NCBI GenBank assembly: GCA_016935175.1
Contig: JAFGRK010000019.1
Coordinates: forward strand, 6,037-70,036
Direction: 5' to 3'
DNA: 64,000 nt
Origin: Candidatus Woesearchaeota archaeon
Lineage (GTDB): Archaea; Nanobdellota; Nanobdellia; Woesearchaeales; SM23-78
The notes beneath the pieces are model-generated. The model ran no database searches, was not told where the DNA came from, and saw only the letters and a program-made list of their open reading frames with translations. The translations under genes and the position numbers were made by a program. Within the stretch, counting starts at the first letter, position 1. Every line of letters begins with the position of its first letter. This document shows positions 34,931 through 44,168 of the stretch, one piece after another.

Positions 34931-35814
34931 TTTCTGGCAAGCTGGATTCTGCATCCATAATAAGCTTGGTAAGGGATATACTCGCTAAAAAAGAGCTAAA
35001 AAACCTTGATGAAAGCTTTGTGGATGAAAAACTAAAGGCTTTTCTGGAAAAGAACAAGGAGCTGGAAAAAAAGATTAAGCTTGAGCTTGAAAGGAAATCA
35101 TACAATCAGTTCCAGCGCTCAAAAGAGCATGAGCTGATAATCAAAAAGATTAGGGCTGAGCTGCGAGAAATCTACGGGGTTTTCATACTTAATGATTACG
35201 CTAAAAGGCACGGGTTGCTAAAAAAGCTAGCGCAAGAGCCAAGCCTTGAAAACCACAACAAGGTTCTTGAGCTTCATAAGTCAAGCAAGGAAAGGCTGCC
35301 TTATTATGGTGTGGCTTATAAAAAAATTTTTGAGGTTACAGGCATCCCGAAAAAGATTGTTGACCTGGCCTGCGGGCTTAACCCCATAAGCTACCCTTAT
35401 ATTGCTGCTGCTATCAATGCAAATCCAGAATACCTTGCTTGTGACCTGGCAAAAAAAGACCTTGAGTTCATCCAGGAATACTTTAGGCTGCGCAAGATTA
35501 ATGGAAAAACCTCCAGGCTTGACTTGATAGGGGAAATAAGCAGGGTTCCCAGCATAACAAAAGGCAGCGATATAGTGTTCTTGTTCAAGACCTTGGATTC
35601 CTTGGAAAGCGTCAAGTGGAATATCAGCAAAGAGCTGCTTGAAAGCATTAGCTCAAAATTCATCGTGGTATCCTTTGCCACTAAGAGCATTGGGGGCAAA
35701 AAATCCATAAAAAAAGATAAAAGAGGCTGGTTTGAAAGGCTTTTGGCGCAAAAAAACCTTGTGTTCCGAACCTTTGAAATTCCTGGGGAAGTATTTTATA
35801 TCATACAAAGGTAA
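34912..35814 (+). CDS. FmrO-family 16S rRNA (guanine-N7)-methyltransferase homologue (ArmA/RmtB-like)
   Basis: Block-by-block resemblance to RmtB as I recall it: LELHKSSKERL vs LSLHASTKERL; IVDLACGLNPISY vs VLDIACGLNPLAL; DIVFLFKTLDSLE vs DLALIFKLLPLLE; IVVSFATKSIGGK vs MAVSFPTRSLGGR. Confidence 0.7.
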   Translation: MASNKLVSGKLDSASIISLVRDILAKKELKNLDESFVDEKLKAFLEKNKELEKKIKLELERKSYNQFQRSKEHELIIKKIRAELREIYGVFILNDYAKRHGLLKKLAQEPSLENHNKVLELHKSSKERLPYYGVAYKKIFEVTGIPKKIVDLACGLNPISYPYIAAAINANPEYLACDLAKKDLEFIQEYFRLRKINGKTSRLDLIGEISRVPSITKGSDIVFLFKTLDSLESVKWNISKELLESISSKFIVVSFATKSIGGKKSIKKDKRGWFERLLAQKNLVFRTFEIPGEVFYIIQR

Positions 35815-35994
35815 ATAGGCTTTGAAATGGTTTTCTAGAGTAAAAATCACGCCTTATCATAAGGTTTTCGTTCCCTATCAGTAGTCTTGATTTTGAAACT
35901 ATTGGGTAAGCGTAAAAAACAGTAACATATAAATAGTAGTTATGGGTTTTATGTATCAAAAAGGGGTGATCGACCTACTTTCGGAGGTAGAGGT

Positions 35995-36804
35995 ATGATC
36001 GTGAAAGAAGAGTTTCTGACAAAGCTCAGAAGGTATTTTGGGCTTAACTTGTATGAGGTGAAAATATGGACTGCCCTGCTGTCAAGGGGTGTAAGCACAG
36101 CAGGAGAGCTAAGCGACATAGCCAATGTCCCTAGGAGCAGGAGCTATGACATCCTGGAAAGCCTGGAAAAGAAAGGCTTTGTAGTGATGAAGCTTGGCAA
36201 GCCCATCAAATACATAGCAGTTGACCCAAAAGAAGTTGTTGAGCGAGTGAAAAAGAATGTGAGAAAAGAGGCAGATGACAGCGTAAAGAGGCTTGAAGAC
36301 CTGAAAAAGACAGATGTTGTCCAGGAGCTTAACTCTTTGCACACCCAAGGCGTGGAACTGGTAGAGCCATCAGACCTTTCAGGCTCGCTTAAAGGCAGGC
36401 ACAACCTGTACAACCACCTGGAGCTGACTATCAGGAATGCTGAGAAGACAGTTACCATAATGACCACCAGCCAGGGCTTGATAAGGAAGATTGAAGGGCT
36501 AAAGCCTGTTTTTGAGCAGGTCAAGAAAAGAGGCGTCAAGATAAGGATTGCAGCTCCCTTAACCAAGGAGACTGAAAAAGCAGTCAAAGACCTTGAAGGA
36601 GTGGCAGAGATAAGGCACACAGAGTGCAAGGCCAGGTTCACCATCGTTGATAGCAAGGAGCTCATCTTCATGGTAATGGATGACGCAGACGTGCATCCGA
36701 CCTATGATATAGGCATCTGGATAAACACGCCATTCTTTGCAGGAGCCCTTGAGGACATGTTCGAGCTTGCATGGGTTGCCATGAAGAAAAAGGTCAAGGC
36801 TTGA
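35995..36804 (+). CDS. TrmB-family transcriptional regulator
   Basis: It has the N-terminal wHTH LYEVKIWTALLSRGVSTAGELSDIANVPRSRSYDILESLEKKGFV, then a coiled linker and a C-terminal TrmB_C-like domain. Confidence 0.8.
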   Translation: MIVKEEFLTKLRRYFGLNLYEVKIWTALLSRGVSTAGELSDIANVPRSRSYDILESLEKKGFVVMKLGKPIKYIAVDPKEVVERVKKNVRKEADDSVKRLEDLKKTDVVQELNSLHTQGVELVEPSDLSGSLKGRHNLYNHLELTIRNAEKTVTIMTTSQGLIRKIEGLKPVFEQVKKRGVKIRIAAPLTKETEKAVKDLEGVAEIRHTECKARFTIVDSKELIFMVMDDADVHPTYDIGIWINTPFFAGALEDMFELAWVAMKKKVKA

Positions 36805-36904
36805 TAACCAATTATTTTTTTTCTTTATTCTTTCTTTATTTTTATTTTTCACCATCCTAAAATTAGCAATACTTTTATATATCTTAGTCAATAACAGGCT
36901 TGGA

Positions 36905-38452
36905 ATGGCTAATGACATTAAAGAGCTGGTTAGCAAGCTGCACCCGCTTGAAAGGAAAATCATGCCCCTGCTCAGGCAAAGCTCTGTGTTCTCTGAATTG
37001 GTGAAAAAGAGCGGGCTTAAAGACATCGAGGTTATGCGTGCGCTGCAATGGCTCCAGAGCAAGGAAGTGCTCAAGATAAAAGAGGATGTAAAAGAAGCCA
37101 TAACCCTTGGTGAAAATGGCAAAAAGGCTTTGGAAAAAGGATTGCCTGAAAAGCTATTCCTTGAAAGCATAAAGCATAAGCCAAGGCACATGGACGATAT
37201 AGAGAAAGAGACTGGGCTCTCAAGGCAGGAAGTGAACGCCTGCATAGGGCTTCTCAAAGGAAAAGCTGCAATTAACATCAACGCCCAAAGAGTCATAAGC
37301 ATAACCAACCAAGGCGCAGCAGTGCTGGAAAAAGAAGGGCTTGAAGAGGCATTGCTCAAAAGGATAAGCTCTGAGGAAATGGATATTGAGGCAGGCAAGC
37401 TCAAGGATGAGGAAAGATTTGCTTTTGAAAGCCTAAAAAAGCGCAAGGACATGTTAAAGACAGTGCTGAAAAAAGAATGGCATATCATACTATCAAGCAT
37501 AGGAAAAAAGCTTGTCACAATGAACCTCGGCTCTGAAAAAGTCATAGAGAGGCTTACTCCGGCGATGCTTAAGGCAGGCTCTTGGAAGAACAAGGAGTTC
37601 AGGGCTTATGAGCTAAAGGCAAAGGTGCCAAGAGTTTATAGGGGCAAAAGGCATTTTGTCAACCAAGCCATAAGCCAGGCAAAAAAGATATGGCTGGAGA
37701 TGGGCTTCAAGGAGATGACAGGGGAGATGGTGCAGACATCCTTCTGGAACTTTGATGCATTGTTCACTGCCCAAGACCACCCTGTAAGGGATATGCAGGA
37801 CACCTTCTTCATCAAGAGCCCTGAAAAAGGAAAGCTGCCTGACAAAAAATTGGTTGATGCAGTAAAGCATGCTCATGAAGACGGCTGGACTACTGGCAGC
37901 ACTGGCTGGCAGTATGAGTGGAAGGAAGAGGAAGCTAAAAAGAACGTCCTCAGGACCCACACCACTGTGCTTTCTGCCAGGACTCTTGCGAGGCTGAAGA
38001 AGGAAGAGCTTCCTGCAAAGTTCTTTGCAGTGGGAAGGTGCTTTAGGAATGAGACGCTAGATTGGTGCCATCTCTTTGAGTTCAACCAGACAGAAGGAAT
38101 AGTTATTGACAAGGACGCGAACTTCAGGCACTTGCTAGGCTACCTTAAGCAGTTCTTCAAGAAGATGGGTTATGAAAAAGCCAGGTTCAGGCCAGGCTAC
38201 TTCCCTTATACTGAATTCAGCGTGGAGATAGACATATACCATCCTGTGCACAAGAAATGGGTAGAGCTAGGAGGGGCAGGCATCTTCAGGCCTGAAGTGG
38301 TCAAGCCGCTATTAAGGGTGGATGTGCCTGTGCTTGCATGGGGCCCTGGGTTTGACAGGATAATACTTGAATTTTTCAAGATAAACGATATCAGGGAGCT
38401 GTACAAGAACGACCTGAAACAATTAAGAGAGATAAAGGAGTGGATGCGCTAG
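36905..38452 (+). CDS. pheS: Phenylalanine--tRNA ligase alpha subunit
   Basis: It has the N-terminal wHTH repeats and the class II core (HPVRDMQDTFF, RTHTT, FAVGRCFRNE, GAGIFRPEV). Confidence 0.92.
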   Translation: MANDIKELVSKLHPLERKIMPLLRQSSVFSELVKKSGLKDIEVMRALQWLQSKEVLKIKEDVKEAITLGENGKKALEKGLPEKLFLESIKHKPRHMDDIEKETGLSRQEVNACIGLLKGKAAININAQRVISITNQGAAVLEKEGLEEALLKRISSEEMDIEAGKLKDEERFAFESLKKRKDMLKTVLKKEWHIILSSIGKKLVTMNLGSEKVIERLTPAMLKAGSWKNKEFRAYELKAKVPRVYRGKRHFVNQAISQAKKIWLEMGFKEMTGEMVQTSFWNFDALFTAQDHPVRDMQDTFFIKSPEKGKLPDKKLVDAVKHAHEDGWTTGSTGWQYEWKEEEAKKNVLRTHTTVLSARTLARLKKEELPAKFFAVGRCFRNETLDWCHLFEFNQTEGIVIDKDANFRHLLGYLKQFFKKMGYEKARFRPGYFPYTEFSVEIDIYHPVHKKWVELGGAGIFRPEVVKPLLRVDVPVLAWGPGFDRIILEFFKINDIRELYKNDLKQLREIKEWMR

Positions 38453-38489
38453 AACACTGAATGGTAAAGAATGAAGCGCACAAAATAAA

Positions 38490-40154
38490 ATGCCTAACAT
38501 AACCTTGAACAAGAAAGTGCTTGAAAAGCTCATTGGAAAAAAACTGAGTGATGATGAGCTGCAGGACAGGATAAGCATGCTAGGCACTGACCTGCAAAAA
38601 ATCGAAGGAAACGAGATAACTGTAGAAGTCTTCCCTAACAGGCCAGACATGCTTTCTGAGCAAGGGTTTGCAAGGGCCCTCTCAGCATTTGTAGGTGCAA
38701 AGACAGGCTTGAAGGATTACAAGGTAAGCAAAGGAGGAAAGGATTATCAGGTTATCATACAAGAGCCTGTAAAAAAGGTAAGGCCTTACACTTCCTGCGC
38801 CATTGTCAAGAGCCTTAAGATGGATGGTGATTCCATAAAAGAAATAATCTCCCTGCAAGAAAAGCTTCATATAACCTTTGGCAGGAACAGGAAAAAGCTC
38901 GCAATAGGAATCTATCCTCTTGAGAAGATAAAACTGCCAATAACCTATACTGCGAAGAAGCCAAGAAATATTAAATTCCAGCCTCTTGAGGCAAGCCAGG
39001 AGATGGATGGGCTTGAAATGCTGCAAAAGCACCCTGCTGGCAGGGAATACGCTCACTTGCTAGAGGGAAAAGAGCTCTTCCCAGTATTCATAGACTCAAA
39101 TGATGAAGTCCTTTCTATGCCGCCAATAATTAATTCGCATAAGACAGGCAAGGTGACTGAAAAAACCAAGGATGTTTTCATTGAGTGCAGCGGTTTTGAC
39201 TTCAAGGCGCTGAACCAATGCCTTAGCATCATCGTCACAGCAATGGCAGACATGGGAGGGGAAATCTATTCCATGGCATTGGAGGGCGCTGGCAAAAACA
39301 TTATTACGCCAAGCTTAGTGCCAGAAGAAAAAGAGCTGGACTTGAAATACATCAACAAGATGCTTGGCTTAGAGCTCAAGGAAAGCGAAATTAAAACACT
39401 GCTTGAAAAGATGGGCTATGGGTATAGGGACAAGAAAGTGCTAGTGCCTGCGTATAGGGCAGATATCCTCCACCCAATAGACATCGCAGAGGACATAGCA
39501 ATCGCTTATGGGTATGAGAATTTTGAGCCAGAAATACCTAATGTTTCTACAATCGGTGAAGAAGATGAAATGAGCATTCTCAAAACAAGGATTGCCAATG
39601 TGCTCGTAGGCACTGGGTTAATAGAGACCAGCTCCTATAACCTGGTAAACAAGGATAACCACAGCGCCAAGATGCGAAACCAAGCTGAGCTAGTTGAGGT
39701 TGGCAATGCAGTAACCAAGGAATATTCTTGCCTCAGGAGCTGGATTCTGCCAAGCCTCATGCAGATACTGTCGGAAAACACTAGCAGGGAGTATCCCCAG
39801 GAAATTTTCGAGCTGGGAAGCGCTTTCCACCATGACAAGGCTAAAGAGACAGGTGTTGATGAAGGGCAAAGCCTGGCAATAGCCATCTGCGGGGCTGATG
39901 CTGATTTCACAAGGATAAAGCAGATGCTGGACATATTGATGGGTGCTACGGATAAAAAATATGAGCTCAAAGAAACAAACCACAACTCATTTATCAAGGG
40001 AAGGGCTGCCTCGATAATGGTTTACGGGCAAAATATAGGAATACTGGGCGAATTGCATCCTGAAGTGCTGAGCAACTTCGGGATTGAGATGCCTGCAGTT
40101 GGGCTTGAGCTGAATATCAGCGAGCTGCACGATTTGCTAAAAAAAGGCGATTGA
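38490..40154 (+). CDS. pheT: Phenylalanine--tRNA ligase beta subunit
   Basis: It has the archaeal PheT domain order (B1/B5, B3_4, C-terminal catalytic-like domain) and lies immediately downstream of pheS. Confidence 0.92.
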   Translation: MPNITLNKKVLEKLIGKKLSDDELQDRISMLGTDLQKIEGNEITVEVFPNRPDMLSEQGFARALSAFVGAKTGLKDYKVSKGGKDYQVIIQEPVKKVRPYTSCAIVKSLKMDGDSIKEIISLQEKLHITFGRNRKKLAIGIYPLEKIKLPITYTAKKPRNIKFQPLEASQEMDGLEMLQKHPAGREYAHLLEGKELFPVFIDSNDEVLSMPPIINSHKTGKVTEKTKDVFIECSGFDFKALNQCLSIIVTAMADMGGEIYSMALEGAGKNIITPSLVPEEKELDLKYINKMLGLELKESEIKTLLEKMGYGYRDKKVLVPAYRADILHPIDIAEDIAIAYGYENFEPEIPNVSTIGEEDEMSILKTRIANVLVGTGLIETSSYNLVNKDNHSAKMRNQAELVEVGNAVTKEYSCLRSWILPSLMQILSENTSREYPQEIFELGSAFHHDKAKETGVDEGQSLAIAICGADADFTRIKQMLDILMGATDKKYELKETNHNSFIKGRAASIMVYGQNIGILGELHPEVLSNFGIEMPAVGLELNISELHDLLKKGD

Positions 40155-40197
40155 TAGGCTAATAAAAGATCTATGGGTAATAAAAAGGTGAACATAA

Positions 40198-40758
40198 ATG
40201 GCCAGAAGGTTACAGATTGCAGTTCTAGGAAGCAGCAAGGCAATATGCACAAAGCATGCCTATAAGCTAGCAGAGCAAGTTGGAGAGGAGATTGCCAAGA
40301 TAAAGGCAATAACTGTGACTGGGGGAGGCCATGGAGTAATGGAAGCGGCCATGAAAGGAGCTAAGAGGCGCGGCGGGCTCACCCTGGGAATCTTGCCTTG
40401 GGAAAAAATGGAGCATTACAATAAGTACTGTGACGTCATTGTGGCTACAGGCATTGGCTTCTCAAGGGATGCCATCAACCTCAACAGCTGCGACGGAGCT
40501 ATAATAGTGGGTGGCGGGGCAGGCACGCTTAACGAGGCCAGCTATGCATATATAGAAGACATCCCTATTGTAGCAGTGACTACGAGCGGAGGCATGGCAA
40601 AGCAATTGTCAGGCATTTATTTTGACAAGAGAAAGACAGAGAAAGTGGGGGAGGCTAAGAGTGCAAAAGAGGCAATAAAGAAGCTGCTTTCTGAGATAAA
40701 GAAGAAAAAGATAGAAAGCAAGAGGCCTGGCATTAAGAAGCGCAAGATGGAGTACTAA
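40198..40758 (+). CDS. TIGR00725/SLOG (LOG-like Rossmann) family protein
   Basis: It has IAVLGSS...TGGGHGVMEAAMKGA...GILP and the GGAGTLNE motif. Confidence 0.75.
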   Translation: MARRLQIAVLGSSKAICTKHAYKLAEQVGEEIAKIKAITVTGGGHGVMEAAMKGAKRRGGLTLGILPWEKMEHYNKYCDVIVATGIGFSRDAINLNSCDGAIIVGGGAGTLNEASYAYIEDIPIVAVTTSGGMAKQLSGIYFDKRKTEKVGEAKSAKEAIKKLLSEIKKKKIESKRPGIKKRKMEY

Positions 40759-40810
40759 GAAAAAAAAAGTACTGAGAACAAAAAATAAAATATTTAAAAA
40801 ATAAAATAGT

Positions 40811-41164
40811 TTATTCTTTCTTTACAGCTGACTCTGGTTTTTTCGCTGTTTTTTCCTTGGAAACTGGTTGCTTCAAAGGCTTTTCCTTCCTCGCCCTTTT
40901 AGGCCTTTCTGTTTTTTTCTTTGCCTTGGTCTCAACAAGCCCTATGCCCATTTCCTTAAAGACCCTGATAATCTCAGTGTGGGGTGCGTTCTTATTTATC
41001 TCAACCATCTTGTCAAGAGGCTCCAGGTGCCTTAGGTTACATTTCCTTCTCCTAGTCTCCCCGTCAATCATAACATTATGTCCATCCATGACATCTATTA
41101 CCAGGCATCTTTTGCCTGCGTCCCTGCCTGCAATCTTAATACAAAACCTTCCTATCTCAAACAT
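40811..41164 (-). CDS. rpl14e: Ribosomal protein eL14 (L14e) with K-rich C-terminal tail
   Basis: It has the KOW-type N-terminus FEIGRFCIKIAGRDAGKRCLVIDV. Confidence 0.85.
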   Translation of the reverse strand: MFEIGRFCIKIAGRDAGKRCLVIDVMDGHNVMIDGETRRRKCNLRHLEPLDKMVEINKNAPHTEIIRVFKEMGIGLVETKAKKKTERPKRARKEKPLKQPVSKEKTAKKPESAVKKE

Positions 41165-41368
41165 CTTTATTACCTCCTAATGCCATCATCTCCTAATATC
41201 CCAAACACATCCCCGAACACAAGGCTATACGTATCTTCCTAATACATATCTTCCTAAATACCATCATTTAAAAGCCATGCTCTCTTGGGCATCTCGAGAT
41301 TTCATGTTTCTTGTCGCCAAAAAACTATAAGATTGCCCTAGTGAGTCATTATAGCTCTTTGCCCGCAC

Positions 41369-41659
41369 CTAAGCCTTAGCTAAGCCTGAGCCTAGAAGCC
41401 TGGCATCTTCCTTTATTTTCTTCCTTGCGCACTGGTTGCAGAGGAATCCGCCATAAGGCCTTTCTGTCCTCTTCTTGCTTTTAGGCATGTTCTTAGCCTC
41501 TACCTTGCTAAGCCTGGGGATTCCGTGCAGCTCTTCGCCGCATTCTGCGCACTTGGGCCTTGATGGCTTTCTAGCTAGGTAAACCTTCTTTACCTTGCCT
41601 CCCGGCATCTTTCTCTGAAGCCTTCTCAGGCTCCTTGACCTGTGTCTTGGTGCTGGCAT
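41369..41659 (-). CDS. rpl34e: Ribosomal protein eL34 (L34e)
   Basis: It has RHRSRSLRR..PGGK and the zinc-knuckle CAECGEEL...CNQC. Confidence 0.9.
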   Translation of the reverse strand: MPAPRHRSRSLRRLQRKMPGGKVKKVYLARKPSRPKCAECGEELHGIPRLSKVEAKNMPKSKKRTERPYGGFLCNQCARKKIKEDARLLGSGLAKA

Positions 41660-41681
41660 TTTCTCCTCTAGAATAAAGGGC

Positions 41682-41697
41682 TATTTATAAATGTTTT
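41682..41697 (-). promoter_or_regulatory. Promoter (BRE/TATA) of the L34e transcription unit; its 16-mer is identical to the one upstream of the L3 operon
   Basis: TATTTATAAATGTTTT occurs at 41682-41697 and again at 58880-58895. The TATA centre is ~29 nt from ATG 41659. Confidence 0.55.
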
Positions 41698-41700
41698 CGT

Positions 41701-41721
41701 TAAAAAATCTGTGCCTCAGAT
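41701..41721 (-). terminator. Hairpin plus oligo-U terminator candidate after the DUF106 gene
   Basis: The minus strand reads ATCTG-AGGCA-CAGAT followed by TTTTTT. Confidence 0.4.
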
Positions 41722-41770
41722 GATTTCTTTAAGTACGGACAGGCGCGAGCAGGCGCGTGACCGGGGCTTT

Positions 41771-42523
41771 TTAGTACAACTTCATAAGCTTCCTTAGGCC
41801 CATGCTCATTAGGACGCTGAAAATGATGTATGTCCAGAGCCAGTTAAGCTTTATCCCAAAGTCTTGCAAGGGATAAATCTTTTCGTTGCCGATCATAGTC
41901 TTCTTAAGCTTTGAGTTGGAAAAGGTTTTCTCTGGCGGGGCGTATTTGTGCTCTGAGCTTATGATAAGTGGCTGCTCGTATTGTTCTCCATTGTAAGCTA
42001 CTATGAGGTTATATTCGCCCTCTTCTCCCTTTAGCCTCCAGGAAGCTTGCCCTCCTTCTATTGGCTGCGTCACATCAGATATTATTTCTAGCTCTGGAAT
42101 GGTTGAGAGGCTTACTTCCGGGGCGTGGCCTTCTGCAAAGGATGCTGTGAAAGAGAACTCTTGCCCTGGGCTGATGGGGTAATAAGCCATGTGGCTGTTT
42201 AGCCAGCCAAATATGATGATGATTGGGATGAGAGTGTAAAGTGTTGACTTAAAGCTGCTCTTCATGTACTCAAGGTTGCCTTTCATGGCTTCCTGCTGGA
42301 GTGCCATTGCCTTCTGAGGGTCTTTCTTGCTTAGCTCCCTGATCTTTTTCTGATGCTCTTTCATCTCCTCCTTGAGCTTTTTCATCTTTTTCTGGTCTGT
42401 AGTGAACTTGTAGACCAGGGTTATCAGGAGCGTTATTATTAAAGACACTAAGAATATGGCTAATCCTGGGTGAAGCTTTAGAAGAGGATTAAATACGGGG
42501 TCAAGGATGTTTTCAAAAACCAT
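41771..42523 (-). CDS. DUF106/EMC3-like archaeal YidC/Oxa1-type insertase homologue with C-terminal extra domain
   Basis: A TM helix is followed by a K/E coiled hairpin (KKMKKLKEEMKEHQKK..) and a second TM helix. It occupies the conserved position after secY. An SD GAGGTGA lies upstream. Confidence 0.7.
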   Translation of the reverse strand: MVFENILDPVFNPLLKLHPGLAIFLVSLIITLLITLVYKFTTDQKKMKKLKEEMKEHQKKIRELSKKDPQKAMALQQEAMKGNLEYMKSSFKSTLYTLIPIIIIFGWLNSHMAYYPISPGQEFSFTASFAEGHAPEVSLSTIPELEIISDVTQPIEGGQASWRLKGEEGEYNLIVAYNGEQYEQPLIISSEHKYAPPEKTFSNSKLKKTMIGNEKIYPLQDFGIKLNWLWTYIIFSVLMSMGLRKLMKLY

Positions 42524-42549
42524 TTTTACAATTCACCTCTTGGTTAAAA

Positions 42550-42652
42550 ATGCTAATCAAGCACTAATCAAACGATAATCAAATGATAATCAAACCATGA
42601 TTAAACAATGATTAATTGATGATTCGATGATTAAGTGATGATTAAATGCTAA
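42550..42652. repeat. Periodic 10-11 nt repeat array forming an imperfect long palindrome
   Basis: Four units containing TAATCAA are followed by five units containing TGATTAA/TGATTC (the reverse complement). The array lies in the secY-DUF106 spacer. Confidence 0.7.
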
Positions 42653-42653
42653 T

Positions 42654-44021
42654 CTATCCGGCAATGAACTTTCTCATGGCCGGATTCATGTCCATCATGT
42701 GCTGCCTGGCTATATCCTCATAAAGCCTGTAGACTATCATGACTGTCAGCAGGATGCCTGTTCCTGTTCCGTAAGCCCCCGTGATGTCAGCCAATGCTGC
42801 TAAGATTCCGACTGCCAATCCGCCCATTACTGTCAATGGCCAGATATACCTATTAAGCAGCCTCTCTAGCACACGAATATCTTTTCGAAAGCCAGGAATC
42901 TGCAACCCTGAGTTTAACATCTGGTTAGCCTGGCTCCTGGCATCAAGACCTGAAGTCTGGACCCAGAAAATGCTAAAGATGACTGCGCCAACCATCATGA
43001 AAAGCACATATGCCAGTGCATGCCATAGGTCTGCCAGCTGGAATGAGTGCGTGATTATCTTCTGCAATATCTGGGGGCCATAAAGCCATTCTGCCAAGCC
43101 GGACACAGGAGTGTTGCCAACGAACTGCCCTAGTATGGGCTTGCCCCAATTTGCCAGAAGCCTCGCGAACAGCTGGACGTTGGCTATTAATGCAGCAGTC
43201 AATATTACTGGGATGTTGCTTGTGTAAAAGAAATGCAAAGGCCATCTTACGCCATAACCCCTTACCCTTCCAAAGCTGAGGGGAACTTCCACTCTCATGG
43301 CCTGGGCATATACTACTAGCATGAATACCACGATGGTTGCTGCAATAGCTGAGAACATAAGCCCTGCGGTGACTGGGTCGCCAGCGCTTAATGATTGCAC
43401 TAAAGCAGGCAAAGCTCCTGCAGAAAGCCCGGGGTTGTTAGGGCTTGGAAGGGGATTGAATACCCTTATGAAAATAGTCTGGGCAACCCCCGCAGCTATG
43501 AACAGGCTTATACCCGAGCCAAAGCCCCATTTGCTCACTACCTCATCCATAAACATTATCATCAGCCCTCCAAGGGTCAGCTGGAATATCAATATAAGGG
43601 GTGAAAAGCCTTGTGCAGGGCTCAGGCCGCCCATCTGGACATATATGAATGCTTCGAATATTATGAAAAATACTGATAACAGCTTTTGTATTCCCTGAAA
43701 CCTTTTCTTTCCTTCGTGGGAGGTGAGGTCGAACTTTACTAGGCCCGAGCCATTAAGAAGCTGGAGGACAATTGAGGCAGTTACAATAGGCCCGATTCCT
43801 AAGCTGATTATGCTGCCCATGGGTGAAGCCAGGATAATTGCTAAGAATTCAAACCTCTGCAATGCATTTGCGCCCAAGCCATAAAGCGGCACAAGCCCTA
43901 GCACGTAATAGAGCACGAGGATTATTAGAGTCCATTTCAGCTTTTCCTTGAAAGCAAGCTTTTTCTGTGTTGGTGCCTGCACTTCAGGGAGGTTGTAAAG
44001 GATGTTGTCAAAACCACCCAT
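42654..44021 (-). CDS. secY: Preprotein translocase subunit SecY
   Basis: It has a ten-TM SecY pattern and the conserved position after uL15. Confidence 0.95.
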   Translation of the reverse strand: MGGFDNILYNLPEVQAPTQKKLAFKEKLKWTLIILVLYYVLGLVPLYGLGANALQRFEFLAIILASPMGSIISLGIGPIVTASIVLQLLNGSGLVKFDLTSHEGKKRFQGIQKLLSVFFIIFEAFIYVQMGGLSPAQGFSPLILIFQLTLGGLMIMFMDEVVSKWGFGSGISLFIAAGVAQTIFIRVFNPLPSPNNPGLSAGALPALVQSLSAGDPVTAGLMFSAIAATIVVFMLVVYAQAMRVEVPLSFGRVRGYGVRWPLHFFYTSNIPVILTAALIANVQLFARLLANWGKPILGQFVGNTPVSGLAEWLYGPQILQKIITHSFQLADLWHALAYVLFMMVGAVIFSIFWVQTSGLDARSQANQMLNSGLQIPGFRKDIRVLERLLNRYIWPLTVMGGLAVGILAALADITGAYGTGTGILLTVMIVYRLYEDIARQHMMDMNPAMRKFIAG

Positions 44022-44037
44022 TGTTCTATCCTCAATA

Positions 44038-44065
44038 ATTCCCTATCGCTTATTCCCTATCGCTT
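44038..44065. repeat. Perfect 14-nt tandem duplication (ATTCCCTATCGCTT x2) upstream of secY
   Basis: Read directly from the sequence. Confidence 0.8.
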
Positions 44066-44168
44066 CAAAAATTGGTGTTTCCAAAAAATCTAAAAAACCT
44101 AATCTTAACAAAAAGCCCCTAACCATCTAATCATAAATAATTTCAGTTAGCAAATAATCATTTAATAA

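Noticed and set aside
36559-37593. 344-aa ORF on the - strand
   Set aside because: It is antisense to the TrmB regulator end and the pheS start. The product has Ser/Leu/Phe-rich shadow-frame composition and spans an intergenic promoter region.
41165-41368. Possible cmk pseudogene remnant between L34e and L14e
   Set aside because: There is no reading frame of any length and no kinase-like P-loop in any frame by eye. The sequence is only AT-rich with short duplications.
42550-42652. Possible CRISPR array (also considered for 51605-51670)
   Set aside because: The units are only 10-16 nt, directly abutting with no unique spacers. No cas genes are nearby. They are simple tandem or inverted repeats.
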